From contig CAVSOU010000011.1 in the NCBI GenBank assembly GCA_963729625.1, positions 878,534 to 942,533 of the forward strand: a stretch of DNA of 64,000 bases, written 5' to 3'. A model generated the notes under the pieces. It had not been told where the DNA came from, searched no databases, and saw only the letters and a program-made list of their open reading frames with translations. Below, one piece after another: positions 1-10,650 of the stretch (position 1 is the stretch's first letter; each line of letters opens with the position of its first letter). The DNA comes from an uncultured bacterium. GTDB lineage: Bacteria > Chloroflexota > UBA5177 > JANWHV01. Both the position numbers and the translations under genes were made by a program.

Positions 1-1
1 T

Positions 2-2297
2 AACGGCGCCGCCACGACCACGACCTATACCGCGTCATCGCGCACCATCGCCATTTCGACGGCAGCAGGGCGCAGTTCGACCAGCGTGCTCGATAGCCTT
101 GGACGGGTGGTCTCCTGGCAGGCGGCGCCCGGCGTAATCCCGATCACCTACACGTACGATGCGCTGGACCGGCTGATCAAAGCGCAGGAAGGAGGCCAAT
201 TCGAGACCTACACCTACGATGCCGCGAAGAATCTCGCCACCCGTACCAACGCGACGGGTCAGGCATGGACGTACGGGTATGATGCCGATGGCAACGTCAC
301 GACGCTCACGCTGCCAAAGGGCGAGATCTACAGGCTGGGCTACGACGCGGACGGGAACCAGACAAGCATTACCATGCCGAACGGCTCCATCCATAGCCTG
401 CAGTACACTGCGCTTGACGACCCCGCCCGGCAGCGCGGCCGGATTCGCGCACACCTATGATGCGGAGCTGCGGCTGGCCATGTCCACACTGCCGGATGGC
501 CGTGTCAGCACTCGAAGCTACAATGCCGCAGACCGGCCAAGCACGCTCCAGTACCCTGAGGCGACGATCAGCTACGGCTACGCGGCGAACAACACCACCG
601 ACCCATTGAGCACACTGTTGCGCACGCCGACCTCGATCGGGGCGGCAGAGACGGTGGGCTTCACCTACGATGGGTCGCTGGTGACGGGCAGTGCCCTCAG
701 CGGCGCCGCGGCCGGCCAGTTCAGCTACGGCTATGACACGAGCCTCTTGCTCAACGGCATCTCCCTGCAGAGTGGCAGCGATTCGGTCAGCATCCCGGTG
801 GGCCGCGACGCGGACGGCCTGGTGACCACGTTCGGGCCGCTGAGCCTGGCGCGGAATGGCCCGCTGGGTCAGCAAAGCAGCGTCAGCGACGGCACCGCGA
901 TGCGCATAAGCGAGACGTACGACGGGCTGGGCGAGGTGGCGAGCCGGGCGCAAAGTGTGCAGGGCACGGCCGTCCTGACCGATGCCTACAGCTACGATGC
1001 CGTGGGCCGCATCGGCCAGGTCGCGGATCAGGCAGGCGGTGTCTCCCATACCTACACCTACGCGTACGACGCGGACGGGCAATTGATAACAGTCAACGAG
1101 GATGGCGCCACGATCGAACAGTACAGCTACGATGCGAATGGCAACCGCATGAGCAAGACGCTGGGCGGCGCGGCGCCTGAGACGGCGACGTATGACGCGC
1201 GCGACCGATTGCAGATGCGTGGCAGCACGGCCTACGCCTTCGACGCCTCCGGCTTCATGACCGGACGTGGGGCTGACACGTTTGACTACAGTGCCCGTGG
1301 CGAGTTGCTGCAAGCGACCGTGGGCGGCAATACGGTGACGTACAGCTACGACGGGCTGGGTCGTCGGGTGAGCCGCACCGACAGCGGCGGCACGACCCAG
1401 TGCCTCTATGGAGATCCAGGGAATCCCCTCCAGGTGAGCGCGGTACGCGACCCAGCGGGTGCCCTCACTGTCCTCTACTACGACGCGGCCGGGGCACTGA
1501 CGGCGTTCGACAGCGGCGGCAGCCGGTATTACGTGGCAACGGATGCCGTGGGTACGCCACGGGTGGTGACCGACGCCACGGGGACGGTGGTGAAGGCGCT
1601 CACGTACAGCAGCTATGGCGAGGTGCTGAGCGACAGCGCGCCGAGCTTTGCCCTCCCAATCGGCTTCGGGGGTGGGCTTACGGACCCGGTGACCGGGCTG
1701 GTGCATTTCGGGGCCAGGGACTACGATCCGGCGGCGGGACGCTGGACGGCGATCGACCCCGCGCTCTATGACGGCGCGCAGGGGAACCTCTACGCCTATG
1801 CCACCAGCGACCCGGTCGATTTCCGCGACCCCACCGGCCTGTTCTGCGTGGGCGCCTCCGCCTACGACGGGATCGGCGGTGGCGCACAGTTCTGCGTCGA
1901 CGACAAAGGCTTCTCCATCTGCGCCGAGGCCGGCTTTGGCTTCGGGGAATCGTTCGAGGCCAATCCCCTTGGTGGCATGGCCGACAACGGAGTCTCGGCG
2001 ATAGGGGAGCTGCAATTCAACTACGGTCTGGGCAGCGTCAGCACTGCAGTGACGCTTACACCCTGTGGAGATGGGCCTGTAGGGCCACAGCAGTTCAAGT
2101 TACAGGGAGATTCGAAGGTCACTGCGCTCGGCCTGGGACCTGAGGGCTCAGTTAACCTTGATGGCAACGGGAACGTGCAAAGCAGCGGCGACTTCTCGCC
2201 GAATAAGTTTGACTTAGGCTCCGTGGGGGAGATGGGATTCGAGGGGAAGATTGCCGCCCAGGCCTGCAGCAATCTGCCCTGGGGCTATCTCAACTAG
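2..2297 (+). CDS. RHS/YD-repeat protein with RHS-associated core and about 150-aa C-terminal extension (5'-partial; frameshift near 421-445)
   Basis: Frame is open from base 2. Many YD repeats (YTYDALDRL, YGYDADGN, YSYDANGNR). Core motifs FGGGLTDPVTGLVHFGARDYDP..GRWTAIDP and NLYAYATSDPVDFRDPTGL. ORFs 86..460 and 219..2297 are consecutive pieces. Confidence 0.9.
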
Positions 2298-2373
2298 CGT
2301 GCCCGCATGTACCGGCCTGCTGGCCCGCAGGCGCCGGTTTCACCGGCGCATGGCGAGTCGAAGGGAGCATGGC

Positions 2374-2862
2374 GTGCCCGAGTACGACTCCTTCTTGCTA
2401 CGTGTGTGGCGCAGCAGGCGACGCGATGGCTGGGAGTGGGTACTGAGATTGGAGCACCTACAGGGAGAGGAACGGCAAGAGTTTGATAACCCGGAAGCGC
2501 TGGTAGAGGCGCTTTGGGCGCTGGTGGAGGCGCAGTCCGCCTCGAAGGCCGAGCCGTCGCACATCGGCAGTGCCGGCGAGGTCAGCGTAGCGGAGTCCGC
2601 TGAATCTGAGATGCAGAGGGGCCAGTCAACCGGACCCCAGGTCATCTGGTCCGCCAGGGTGCTGTGCGCGACTTGCTCAGCGGTCAGACGTGTTCTCCAC
2701 TGTGCTCCGCTGAAGGGCCGCGCTAGAAGTCGCCGACTACCACCCGGGCGGACGACATGCTGCGTGTCCGCCGCGGCAAAGGGACCAAGACGCGATCCGG
2801 GCGGCTGTCTTCGGCGCGGTGCTCGACGTCCTGTACCAGTTGGAGCCTACAGCATTTCGTGA
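2374..2862 (+). CDS. Small hypothetical protein (SFLLRVW...W..RLEH...ER..F..EAL type)
   Basis: GGGAG RBS before GTG 2374. The first ~55 aa look like a compact small protein; the rest of the ORF looks non-coding, so the true end is uncertain. Confidence 0.5.
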   Translation: MPEYDSFLLRVWRSRRRDGWEWVLRLEHLQGEERQEFDNPEALVEALWALVEAQSASKAEPSHIGSAGEVSVAESAESEMQRGQSTGPQVIWSARVLCATCSAVRRVLHCAPLKGRARSRRLPPGRTTCCVSAAAKGPRRDPGGCLRRGARRPVPVGAYSIS

Positions 2863-3096
2863 CTCTCCACTGACCCGGCGTAACTCCCTACTCGCCGCGC
2901 ACGTCAACGCGGAACAACGCAGTCTTCACGACCGAGTCGCCTTGGTTGATTCCGCGTACCCTTACAGTTGTGCGGCTGGGGACGTTCAGGCTCTGCAACC
3001 GGAAGGTGCGCCGGTCAGGCCCGCACTCTCGAGCCAGGTCCTTGCCATTTGGCGCGCGTGGTCGCGTTTATCGGCGTGCGATACGGAGGGCGGACA

Positions 3097-4064
3097 ATGC
3101 GTCTCGGACGTCATGCGACACGCGTCTCGCGTCTGGTTCTTGCTGCCTGCGTCATCTCCACAGGAGGGGCGGTTCTGGGCGCTGGCGCCGGTGCGCGCGT
3201 CAGCGCGGCGAAGGACTCAGGCTCGAATGTGCAGATCGAGTACAAAGGGAACTTCGTCAGTACCGGAATCTCACAAGTCAATCAGGGACAGGTGATCAAG
3301 AGGGTCAGCGCGGTTCAGTGGGACTTTGTCTGGTCAGGTACGGTCGACCAGCTGTTCTATCCGATCAAGTATGGCTTGCCTTCGGGGAACGTGCTTGTGC
3401 CGCGCTTGCTGACGGGTTCGACCATCGTCGCCTATCCCCCGAATGAGCCTGGAAGCTGCACGGGCGCACTGTCGCTGCGCAAGTTCGCACAGGCATCGAA
3501 CGGTGCGGCGAGCATACCTACCGCGCTTGCTCTGAACGGCGTCCCGGATGTCGACCGATCCAAGATTGACCTGGGGTTCGTCATCCCGGAATCGGGTCTT
3601 ATCCTGCAATCCAGCGGCACAGGGGATTGCTCAGCCGGTTCCTACAGCTCCGGCGCAGCGGACAGCCTGAACATCAAACGGCCACAACCGGTGTTCAGCC
3701 TGACGAACCTCGGGGTCACGCAGACTAAGAGCTACAACGGCACCGAAAGGACCGCGACCTCCGGCGAGGTCGACACGACCACCATACGATCGACCGTTAT
3801 GTTTGGCGGCGCGGCCTGCACCGGCTCGTCGTCTGCCGGAGGCTCGAGTGGGCTGGCCGCGCTCTTCGGCTGCTATGTGGCACTTGGCGATTCCTACTCG
3901 GCAGGTCAGACCCCATCTTCGCCGGGCACGACGTCTGCTCTGCCTCGAGCTACTTCTTCCCGCTGGATGCTGTGACCTACGCCGAGACGCTTCACCCGAA
4001 CGCCGAAGGGCACGCACAGCTGGCGTCGCTCCTGCGGCGTGCTGCCGGCCCACCTCCCGACTGA
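3097..4064 (+). pseudogene. Secreted protein fused to an internally deleted SGNH/GDSL hydrolase domain
   Basis: GGAGG RBS and signal peptide at 3097. Block I YVALGDSYSAG ends near 3906. Another frame from 3909 reads DPIFAGHDVC...ETLHPNAEGHAQLA (block V) to TGA 4064. The middle of the domain is missing. Confidence 0.75.
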
Positions 4065-4983
4065 CACATGTCTCTGTCGGCGCGTGTTTCACGGCAAGCA
4101 AAGCATGTTCTCGTCTCAAGGCTGGCCGCGGGGTCGACAGAAGACTTGAGCGCCCGATCCTCAATTATCGAGAGCCGTAATCGCCACCGCCTTTACAGAC
4201 GCGACTCATGGATCTCGGAAGCCCACGGACTGCACGGAATTGCAGTACCAGGCTCAGTGAGGTGCAGCGGCAGCGCAGTCATGCCGTATGGCCGTTTCGT
4301 CCGTCTGCTCGCCGCTGCAGCGTCCGCAAGAAGCGCGGCACTGGTCACTTGTCTGGGAGCGGGACCCACTCCTTCTGCTCGGTGTGTGCTTACCGGCATG
4401 GGCCCTACACTGGTACTTACCATGGGCCCAATTGCGGCGTGAGGAGTCAGGAGCGCCCGGAAGCATCACCGCTCGCCGTAGCGGGGCGGGCAGGGCAGAG
4501 CGATATGACGGGCCAATGTCGAAGACCGCGGCGAATTGAGGCGCAGACGACGAGGACGGCGGATGCTGCTGCCTCGACACCGCTCAGGCGACCTGGCGAA
4601 GCCTTCGTGCGCGGCACCAATCAAGTGATAAACCAACCGGAAAGTGGCGCACAAACGCGAAGGAACCCCGAACTGTTACGTTATGCGGCAACGTGCTAGC
4701 GTAGAGTCTGGTCGTGCAGCGTGTATGACTGCCGGAAGCGCTCAATCAGCGGGGCGGCAGCCACCGCGTCACCAACATCTACCGCCGTGAGGGTGGGGAG
4801 TGGAAGATTGTTCATCACCACGCCGATGCCTCGGCGGACGAGGAGTTGGCAGCGGTCCAGCTGCGCCCCCATGTCTTCCATGGTGAGTGGAACTACACCA
4901 TCAGTCCTGCTGCAAGCGTGGCATGATTGTCCACTTTATCCTTTGACAGATCATAAGTCCCCAAGACAACTCGTGAACGGGGT

Positions 4984-7900
4984 GTGTGTGTGCGCAAAGC
5001 GTGCCGACTAATCTCTGCTTGCGCGCTGCTCGTGGCCTGGGTGATGCGGCTCCTGGCCGTGCCCGCCGTCGCGAGTCCCGTGCAGCTCTCGCCCTTCCAC
5101 AGTCAGATCGCACACCATGCGGTAATGCAGGTGGCCGTGCTGCCCTCGAGCATCGACGTCGGCCGTGATGTTGTGCTTCGCGTCGTGGTGCGTGGCGCTT
5201 CCGGCACGCCCCTCAGTGACGCCGTGCTCAATGTGAGCGGCGCCGGCCTGCCTGTGCTGGCTTCTACGAAAGACGGACAGGCGCAATTGCGTATTCACGC
5301 AGCGGTGTTGGGTGTCGCGACGCTTGCGGTCAGCCACAGTGGCTATGCCCCCGCAGTGCTCAGGCTTCCCATTATTGCAGGTCCACCGGCGGTCGTGGTG
5401 GCGCTCAAACGAGGTTTGAGCGTGCGTGCGCCGGGCGCGCCTGCCCAGCCGGGCCGGGTCGGACTTGATCTCTTGGAGCGCTACCACGCTGCCACGGCAG
5501 CTCGCCAGTTTGCCTCGCTGGGCCTCCGCGACGGGACACTGGTGGATCTGAACAGTCAGACCGACGTAATGATTCGGGACCCGCTGCACATGACCCTGAG
5601 CAAGGGAGAGTTGTTCCTCGAAATCGTGCACGGAGATGTTCAGCCGCATGTGATTCAGGTGGGAAGTGCGGTGGCCGCGACGCACGGCACACGTCTCGAC
5701 GTTCGCCTTGACCGAGCGACCCGGGTCACGGTAGTGACCGTGTTCGATGGGCTGGTGCGCGTCAGCAATAAGGGCGCAACGGTGTCCGTGGGCGCCGGTC
5801 AACAATCTACCATTCCGGCCAATGCATCCCCAGGTGCGCCTGCACCTGCGAATCTCAGCACTATTGCTGCCTGGCTCAGCAACCTTCCCAATACCACGCC
5901 AGCAGTGGTACCAGCTTTCGCGACCACGGTGTTGCCGCCTGCTCCACGGATAGGATTTCCTCCTGTCGCGCCTACGGCCACGCTGACTATCACCGCAAAT
6001 CTTGAGCGCACGAACTGGTCCGGCGTGGTGCGTCTTGAAGGTGCGGTCACCATACCGGCGACCAGCACTGTGACCGTTCAGCTGGGTACTGTCATGCTGA
6101 CAGACGGCTCCAACTTGACTGTGGAAGGCACGCTACTTGCCCAAGGTACCGCCAACGCCCCGATCATTGTCACCAGCTCGTTGCCGAGTCCCCATGCCGG
6201 AGTCGGCGGCGCGATATTCATCGACGGACCGCGGGCGGGTGGCACACGTCTGGACTACGTCCACGATTTCTATAGCCTTGGGTCCGGTGTGTCGGTCACG
6301 GGTGGGGCGCAGCCGGTGATCAGCAACAGTGCGTTCATCGCGAGCACCGAGCAGGGGATATATATCGACGACACAAGTGCACCCACTATCGCGAATTGTG
6401 TGTTCGCGAGCAACGGGGAATATGCAGTCTCCAGCCCGGTGAGTGCATCGGGATTAATTACCGGAACAGCCCTCGGTGCAGGTCAACTTGGCATATTGGT
6501 GCGCGACGGCACCACGAGCCATGCGACGACCTGGCACAGTCAGAACGCTCCGTTTATCCTTTCCTTCGTGACGGTGGCGGCAGGCACAACGCTGAGCGTC
6601 GAGCCGGGAGTGGTGGTCGAGATGGTCAAGCGGGAGTCCTCGGACTCAACCTTGACTATCCGGGGAGTGCTCATTGCCCGTGGCACTGCCGCGGCGCCGA
6701 TCATCTTTACCAGCGCGGCTCCGCAGCCTCAGCCGGGCGACTGGCGCTCCATCGCGTTCACGGGTACCGGCACTGCCGGGAGCGTCCTCGAGCATGCGCT
6801 TGTGTTTTATGGGGGATCCGGGCTTCTCAGTCCGGGCTCAGTGGTCGCGACAGCTGGCGCGTCGCCCAGCATTCTTCGGAGTACAATCGCCCAATCGGGA
6901 CAGAATGGTATCTACTCCGACGATGTGAGCCGCCCAGACGTCTTGAACTGCACCTTCGCCGGGAACTTGCTGTTTGCAGCATCTGTCCCGGCTGAGGGCG
7001 CGGCCCTGGTTTCGAACGCGGCCTTTGCGACCGGCCAGGCGGGCATCGAGATCCGCGGCAACAGCTTCGGCCACGTCCTGTCGATCACCCGTCCGACCAT
7101 CTGGCCGTATGAATCGGTGCCGTATGTGCTCGACAACGGCGCGGTAACCGTAACAGCCTCGCTCGTGATTGAGCCCGGCACCGTGATTGAGCTTGGCGAG
7201 CTGAATAGGTTCGTGATTACCGGCACCTTGCTGGCGGTCGGGCAGCCAGACAATCCGATTATCTTCACGGACATTCCGAGCTCGGGTCCGAGCGCTATCG
7301 GCGGCAGTATTGTGCTGAGCGGCCAATCGGCCAGTCACAGCGCTTTCCAATACGTGGGCTTCTTCCACGGCTACGATCAGCTCGTATCCGTAGACGGCGG
7401 CGCCGCTCCCACCATCGCCGACAGCTTGTTTGCGCAGGCGGCTGGAACCGGTATCTATGTGGACGCAACAAGTCATCCGTCGATCACTGATTGTGTTTTC
7501 GCGGGCCTCACCCGCGATGCCATCGAAGTGCCCGGCGACGCCGCGGATGGGGTTCGCGGCACGCTGCTGGGACTCGGGCAGGCAGGCATTGCTATCACGG
7601 GCTCGGTAATCACACACAGCACCACGTGGCATCGGCAGGACGCGCCGTTTACTATCGCTGGCAGCGAGACTGTCGTAGCTGGCGCGACGCTGACCATCGA
7701 GCAAGGGACGGTGGTGGCCATGGAACACCACCAGTCGTCTGGCGGCTTACTTTGGATTCGAGGTACGCTGCTGGCACGCGGGACAGCAAACGAGCCAATC
7801 ACGTTCACCACCGATGCACCAGTGCCCCAACCTGGCTCCTGGGAAGGTCTGTTTTTCGATGGGAAACGCGCCAGCGACAGCAGAATGGACCACACGATCA

Positions 7901-8160
7901 TCGAGTATGGGGGCTCGGTCGACTATGTCGCGGGCATGGTCTACATTGGAGACGGTGCCAGTCCGGCCATTACCAATTCAAGCATCCTCAATTCATCCAG
8001 TGGGGGAATAGTGGTGAGTAGCACCAGCACCCCCACGATCCGCGGCTGCTTCTTCCGTGGTCTGCGCGGATACGCCATTACCATTCCGGCTGCAGACCGT
8101 GCGAATGTTGGCGGCAACACCTTCGCTCCGGGTCAGCTGGGCATCGAGACCAGCAGTTGA
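4984..8160 (+). CDS. Secreted protein with a FecR-like domain followed by right-handed parallel beta-helix repeats
   Basis: N-terminal hydrophobic signal. FecR-like segment LRDGTLVDLNSQTD...LSKGELF...AATHGTRLDV...VFDGLVRV. About four repeats of L.IEPG...I.GTL.A.GT..PI.FT with PbH1-like strands. Confidence 0.8.
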   Translation: MCVRKACRLISACALLVAWVMRLLAVPAVASPVQLSPFHSQIAHHAVMQVAVLPSSIDVGRDVVLRVVVRGASGTPLSDAVLNVSGAGLPVLASTKDGQAQLRIHAAVLGVATLAVSHSGYAPAVLRLPIIAGPPAVVVALKRGLSVRAPGAPAQPGRVGLDLLERYHAATAARQFASLGLRDGTLVDLNSQTDVMIRDPLHMTLSKGELFLEIVHGDVQPHVIQVGSAVAATHGTRLDVRLDRATRVTVVTVFDGLVRVSNKGATVSVGAGQQSTIPANASPGAPAPANLSTIAAWLSNLPNTTPAVVPAFATTVLPPAPRIGFPPVAPTATLTITANLERTNWSGVVRLEGAVTIPATSTVTVQLGTVMLTDGSNLTVEGTLLAQGTANAPIIVTSSLPSPHAGVGGAIFIDGPRAGGTRLDYVHDFYSLGSGVSVTGGAQPVISNSAFIASTEQGIYIDDTSAPTIANCVFASNGEYAVSSPVSASGLITGTALGAGQLGILVRDGTTSHATTWHSQNAPFILSFVTVAAGTTLSVEPGVVVEMVKRESSDSTLTIRGVLIARGTAAAPIIFTSAAPQPQPGDWRSIAFTGTGTAGSVLEHALVFYGGSGLLSPGSVVATAGASPSILRSTIAQSGQNGIYSDDVSRPDVLNCTFAGNLLFAASVPAEGAALVSNAAFATGQAGIEIRGNSFGHVLSITRPTIWPYESVPYVLDNGAVTVTASLVIEPGTVIELGELNRFVITGTLLAVGQPDNPIIFTDIPSSGPSAIGGSIVLSGQSASHSAFQYVGFFHGYDQLVSVDGGAAPTIADSLFAQAAGTGIYVDATSHPSITDCVFAGLTRDAIEVPGDAADGVRGTLLGLGQAGIAITGSVITHSTTWHRQDAPFTIAGSETVVAGATLTIEQGTVVAMEHHQSSGGLLWIRGTLLARGTANEPITFTTDAPVPQPGSWEGLFFDGKRASDSRMDHTIIEYGGSVDYVAGMVYIGDGASPAITNSSILNSSSGGIVVSSTSTPTIRGCFFRGLRGYAITIPAADRANVGGNTFAPGQLGIETSS

Positions 8161-8361
8161 GGCCGGTACAACGCGGCGATGAGCGGCCCCCACGGAATAG
8201 CGCGTCGGTTGGCACACGGCGCATGTTTCGTGCGCCACCGCCTGCTCCGTGCTCAAGAGCGGCGTCGTCTCGCGCCTTCACCGCCCCGCCCGCCGTGATC
8301 GTCAGGGCTATCGCCGCCGCACTCACTCACGTTGTCCGGCGCCGCCACGATGAGCACCACG

Positions 8362-9243
8362 TCATACCACCTCTTCCAGCTCGTCGGGTGCGGGCGTGGA
8401 AGCGGCGCTGACCGTCTCTTCCACGCGGTCCAGCCACTCGCTCACGAGGGCGTCCGTCACCGCCGGCTGGTTCCCAAAGAGGGTGTGACCGGCGCGATCG
8501 AGCACGGCGTAGGTGGCTCGCGGGTATAGCTCCAGCAGCCGCCATGCGTCCTGATAGCCAACAATCGCGTCCTGTCGCCCGGTCAGGATGAGGGTGGGAC
8601 CGGCGAACGGCTCCGCCAGGTCGTCCGCGTCGAAGGAGAAGTCCAGGGCGCCGTCATTGGCCTGCCGCAAGCGCGCCAGGAACGCGCCATTGGCGGCCAT
8701 GGCCGCGCGCAGAGCGCCTTGGTACCAACCGACGAGGTGCGGACTTTGCACCGGTTCCCCGGCGATGAGTGCGGCGATATCGACGGTGCCTTGGGGGTCG
8801 ATGGCCTGCATCGCGGCCACGAACGCCGGGTCACGCACCAGCGTCTGCCTGGGCGGCTTGCTGGCTCGGCTGCCCATAGCGGGCACGAGGAAGCAGACGC
8901 CGTCGATCCTGGCCTGCCGCCGCAGCACCAGCCCGCGCGCCAGCAGGCCACCGTACGACCCTCCCACGACCGCGAAGCGCCGGCCGGGCAGCACCGCGTC
9001 GATGAACGCCAGCAGTACCTCGAGCACCTGATCGTGGGTGGTCAGCCAGTCGGGTCCTGCCGTCTGCCCCGTACCAGGCAGATCCGGATAGATACGCCGC
9101 CAACCGGATCGCGCGGTGAAGTACGGCTCTATGACGTCTGCCGCAAAGCGGCTATCGTGTGCCCAGCCGGGCAAGACCAGCAGCGGTTGCCCCTCGCCGA
9201 GCTCCTCATAGTAGACCGAGATGTTCGGCAATTCGCAGCGCAT
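8362..9243 (-). CDS. Alpha/beta fold hydrolase
   Basis: GGSYGG nucleophile elbow, PDLPGTG, GRQD acid, AGH histidine. GGAGG RBS upstream of ATG 9243. Confidence 0.9.
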   Translation of the reverse strand: MRCELPNISVYYEELGEGQPLLVLPGWAHDSRFAADVIEPYFTARSGWRRIYPDLPGTGQTAGPDWLTTHDQVLEVLLAFIDAVLPGRRFAVVGGSYGGLLARGLVLRRQARIDGVCFLVPAMGSRASKPPRQTLVRDPAFVAAMQAIDPQGTVDIAALIAGEPVQSPHLVGWYQGALRAAMAANGAFLARLRQANDGALDFSFDADDLAEPFAGPTLILTGRQDAIVGYQDAWRLLELYPRATYAVLDRAGHTLFGNQPAVTDALVSEWLDRVEETVSAASTPAPDELEEVV

Positions 9244-9730
9244 GGGCACGTACCTCCAGCCTCCTGCATCGGACGATCTGCGCGCATACGGCCCAATCTC
9301 TCGCGCAGCCCGCAACGTATCCCACACAACCCAGCTCGACTGTAACGTGCAACGCCGGGGCGACTGGAAGGGCCGAGAGCGCCATCCGTAGCGGCTGAGC
9401 AGCCGTCGGAGGCGCTGTCCATTCGAGCACTTGCGCCCGGATCACTGGGCATGCGAGTGGCACACTGGTCGACAATCATGCCTTTTTCGGCACCTGCGCG
9501 CGACGCCCGCCAACGCATAATATGCGCGACATCAGCGTGTTCTGGGAGCGAGACGAAGCGTCCGGCACGAGCTGGACGCTCAGGACGGTACTGCCAACAC
9601 ATCTCTCAGCCAACACTTAGCACGCCGTCACGCATCGATCATCATGCGGCGGTACGCTGCAATAGGTCGAGCGATGGGTAAAGGCGTGTCCACGGCCCGC
9701 GTGCGCGGCCCTCAGATTGGGGAACGAACC

Positions 9731-10576
9731 ATGCTACCTGTGATAGCGGCGGTACGCCGGCGCCAGTTCTTGCTGGCGATGCTTGGCGGAGCGCTGGCCG
9801 TCCCGGCCCTTGCGCGCAACGCGCTTGCCGCATCCGACATGCCCGCTGCGGCGAGCCTCGGACCATTGGTAAACATCCCGCAGACATACAACAATTGCGG
9901 TCCGGCCACGGTCGCCGAGGTGCTTGCCTACTGGGGCATCGCGCGCACGCAAGGCCAGGTGCAGGCCGCATTGCGCGTGGATGGATCGATTGTCGGCATG
10001 ACACCCTACGGCGTACCCTCATATGCTCGTGACCTCGGCTTGCGCACGCTGATTGGTGTCGGCGGCAATGCCGCGCTGATCAAGCATTTCGTCCAGAATC
10101 GGCTTCCGGTGATCGTTCATCAGGTCGTCAGCCTGAACGACTCCACCGGGCACTGGCGGCCGGTCGAAGCGTACGACGACACCCAGGGCGTGTTCGTGAC
10201 CAGCGACACGTACCTTGGAGCCGGCTACCGGCTCGCCTACGACACGTTCGCGCGGCTCTGGGCGCAGCGTGGATATGCGTTCACCGTGCTCTACCCAGCC
10301 GCGCGCCAGGTGGCCGTCTCGGCCTCCCTGAGCGCTGCCGGCTGGCAGAAGGCGGCAGCCTACCGGCATGACCTGGTTCTGCTCGAAGCCAATCGGCTGG
10401 ACGCCAGCCCTGCATCCGCGCCGGCGAGCGCGGCCGCTGCCTACCGTTATCTCGCCATGGCCTGGGACGCGTCGCAACTTGCACGCGCGTCGGATGCGCG
10501 TGCGTTCCTGCGGCAGGCGACGCGTGCCGGTGCAAGTCCAATCGAAGTGCGCTGGATCAGCGCCGAGATCGCCTAG
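9731..10576 (+). CDS. Tat-exported C39-like cysteine peptidase
   Basis: RRRQFLL twin-arginine signal; QTYNNCGPAT catalytic Cys, GHW His, downstream SD. Confidence 0.8.
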   Translation: MLPVIAAVRRRQFLLAMLGGALAVPALARNALAASDMPAAASLGPLVNIPQTYNNCGPATVAEVLAYWGIARTQGQVQAALRVDGSIVGMTPYGVPSYARDLGLRTLIGVGGNAALIKHFVQNRLPVIVHQVVSLNDSTGHWRPVEAYDDTQGVFVTSDTYLGAGYRLAYDTFARLWAQRGYAFTVLYPAARQVAVSASLSAAGWQKAAAYRHDLVLLEANRLDASPASAPASAAAAYRYLAMAWDASQLARASDARAFLRQATRAGASPIEVRWISAEIA

Positions 10577-10650
10577 ATTTCCGGCCGCCCGAGCCTATCG
10601 CTGAGGGCGCAGCCCTGACCGGCACATCAAGCTCAGGAGGGAGACTCCTC

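Noticed and set aside
369-2015. Long antisense or alternate-frame ORFs (also 10633..11508, 20348..21031, 53698..54816, 58016..59062)
   Set aside because: Shadow ORFs of high-GC genes with no motifs; they overlap well-supported CDSs.
4065-4900. Short ORFs between the SGNH remnant and the FecR-like gene
   Set aside because: No recognisable motifs or consistent RBS; cannot be supported from sequence alone.
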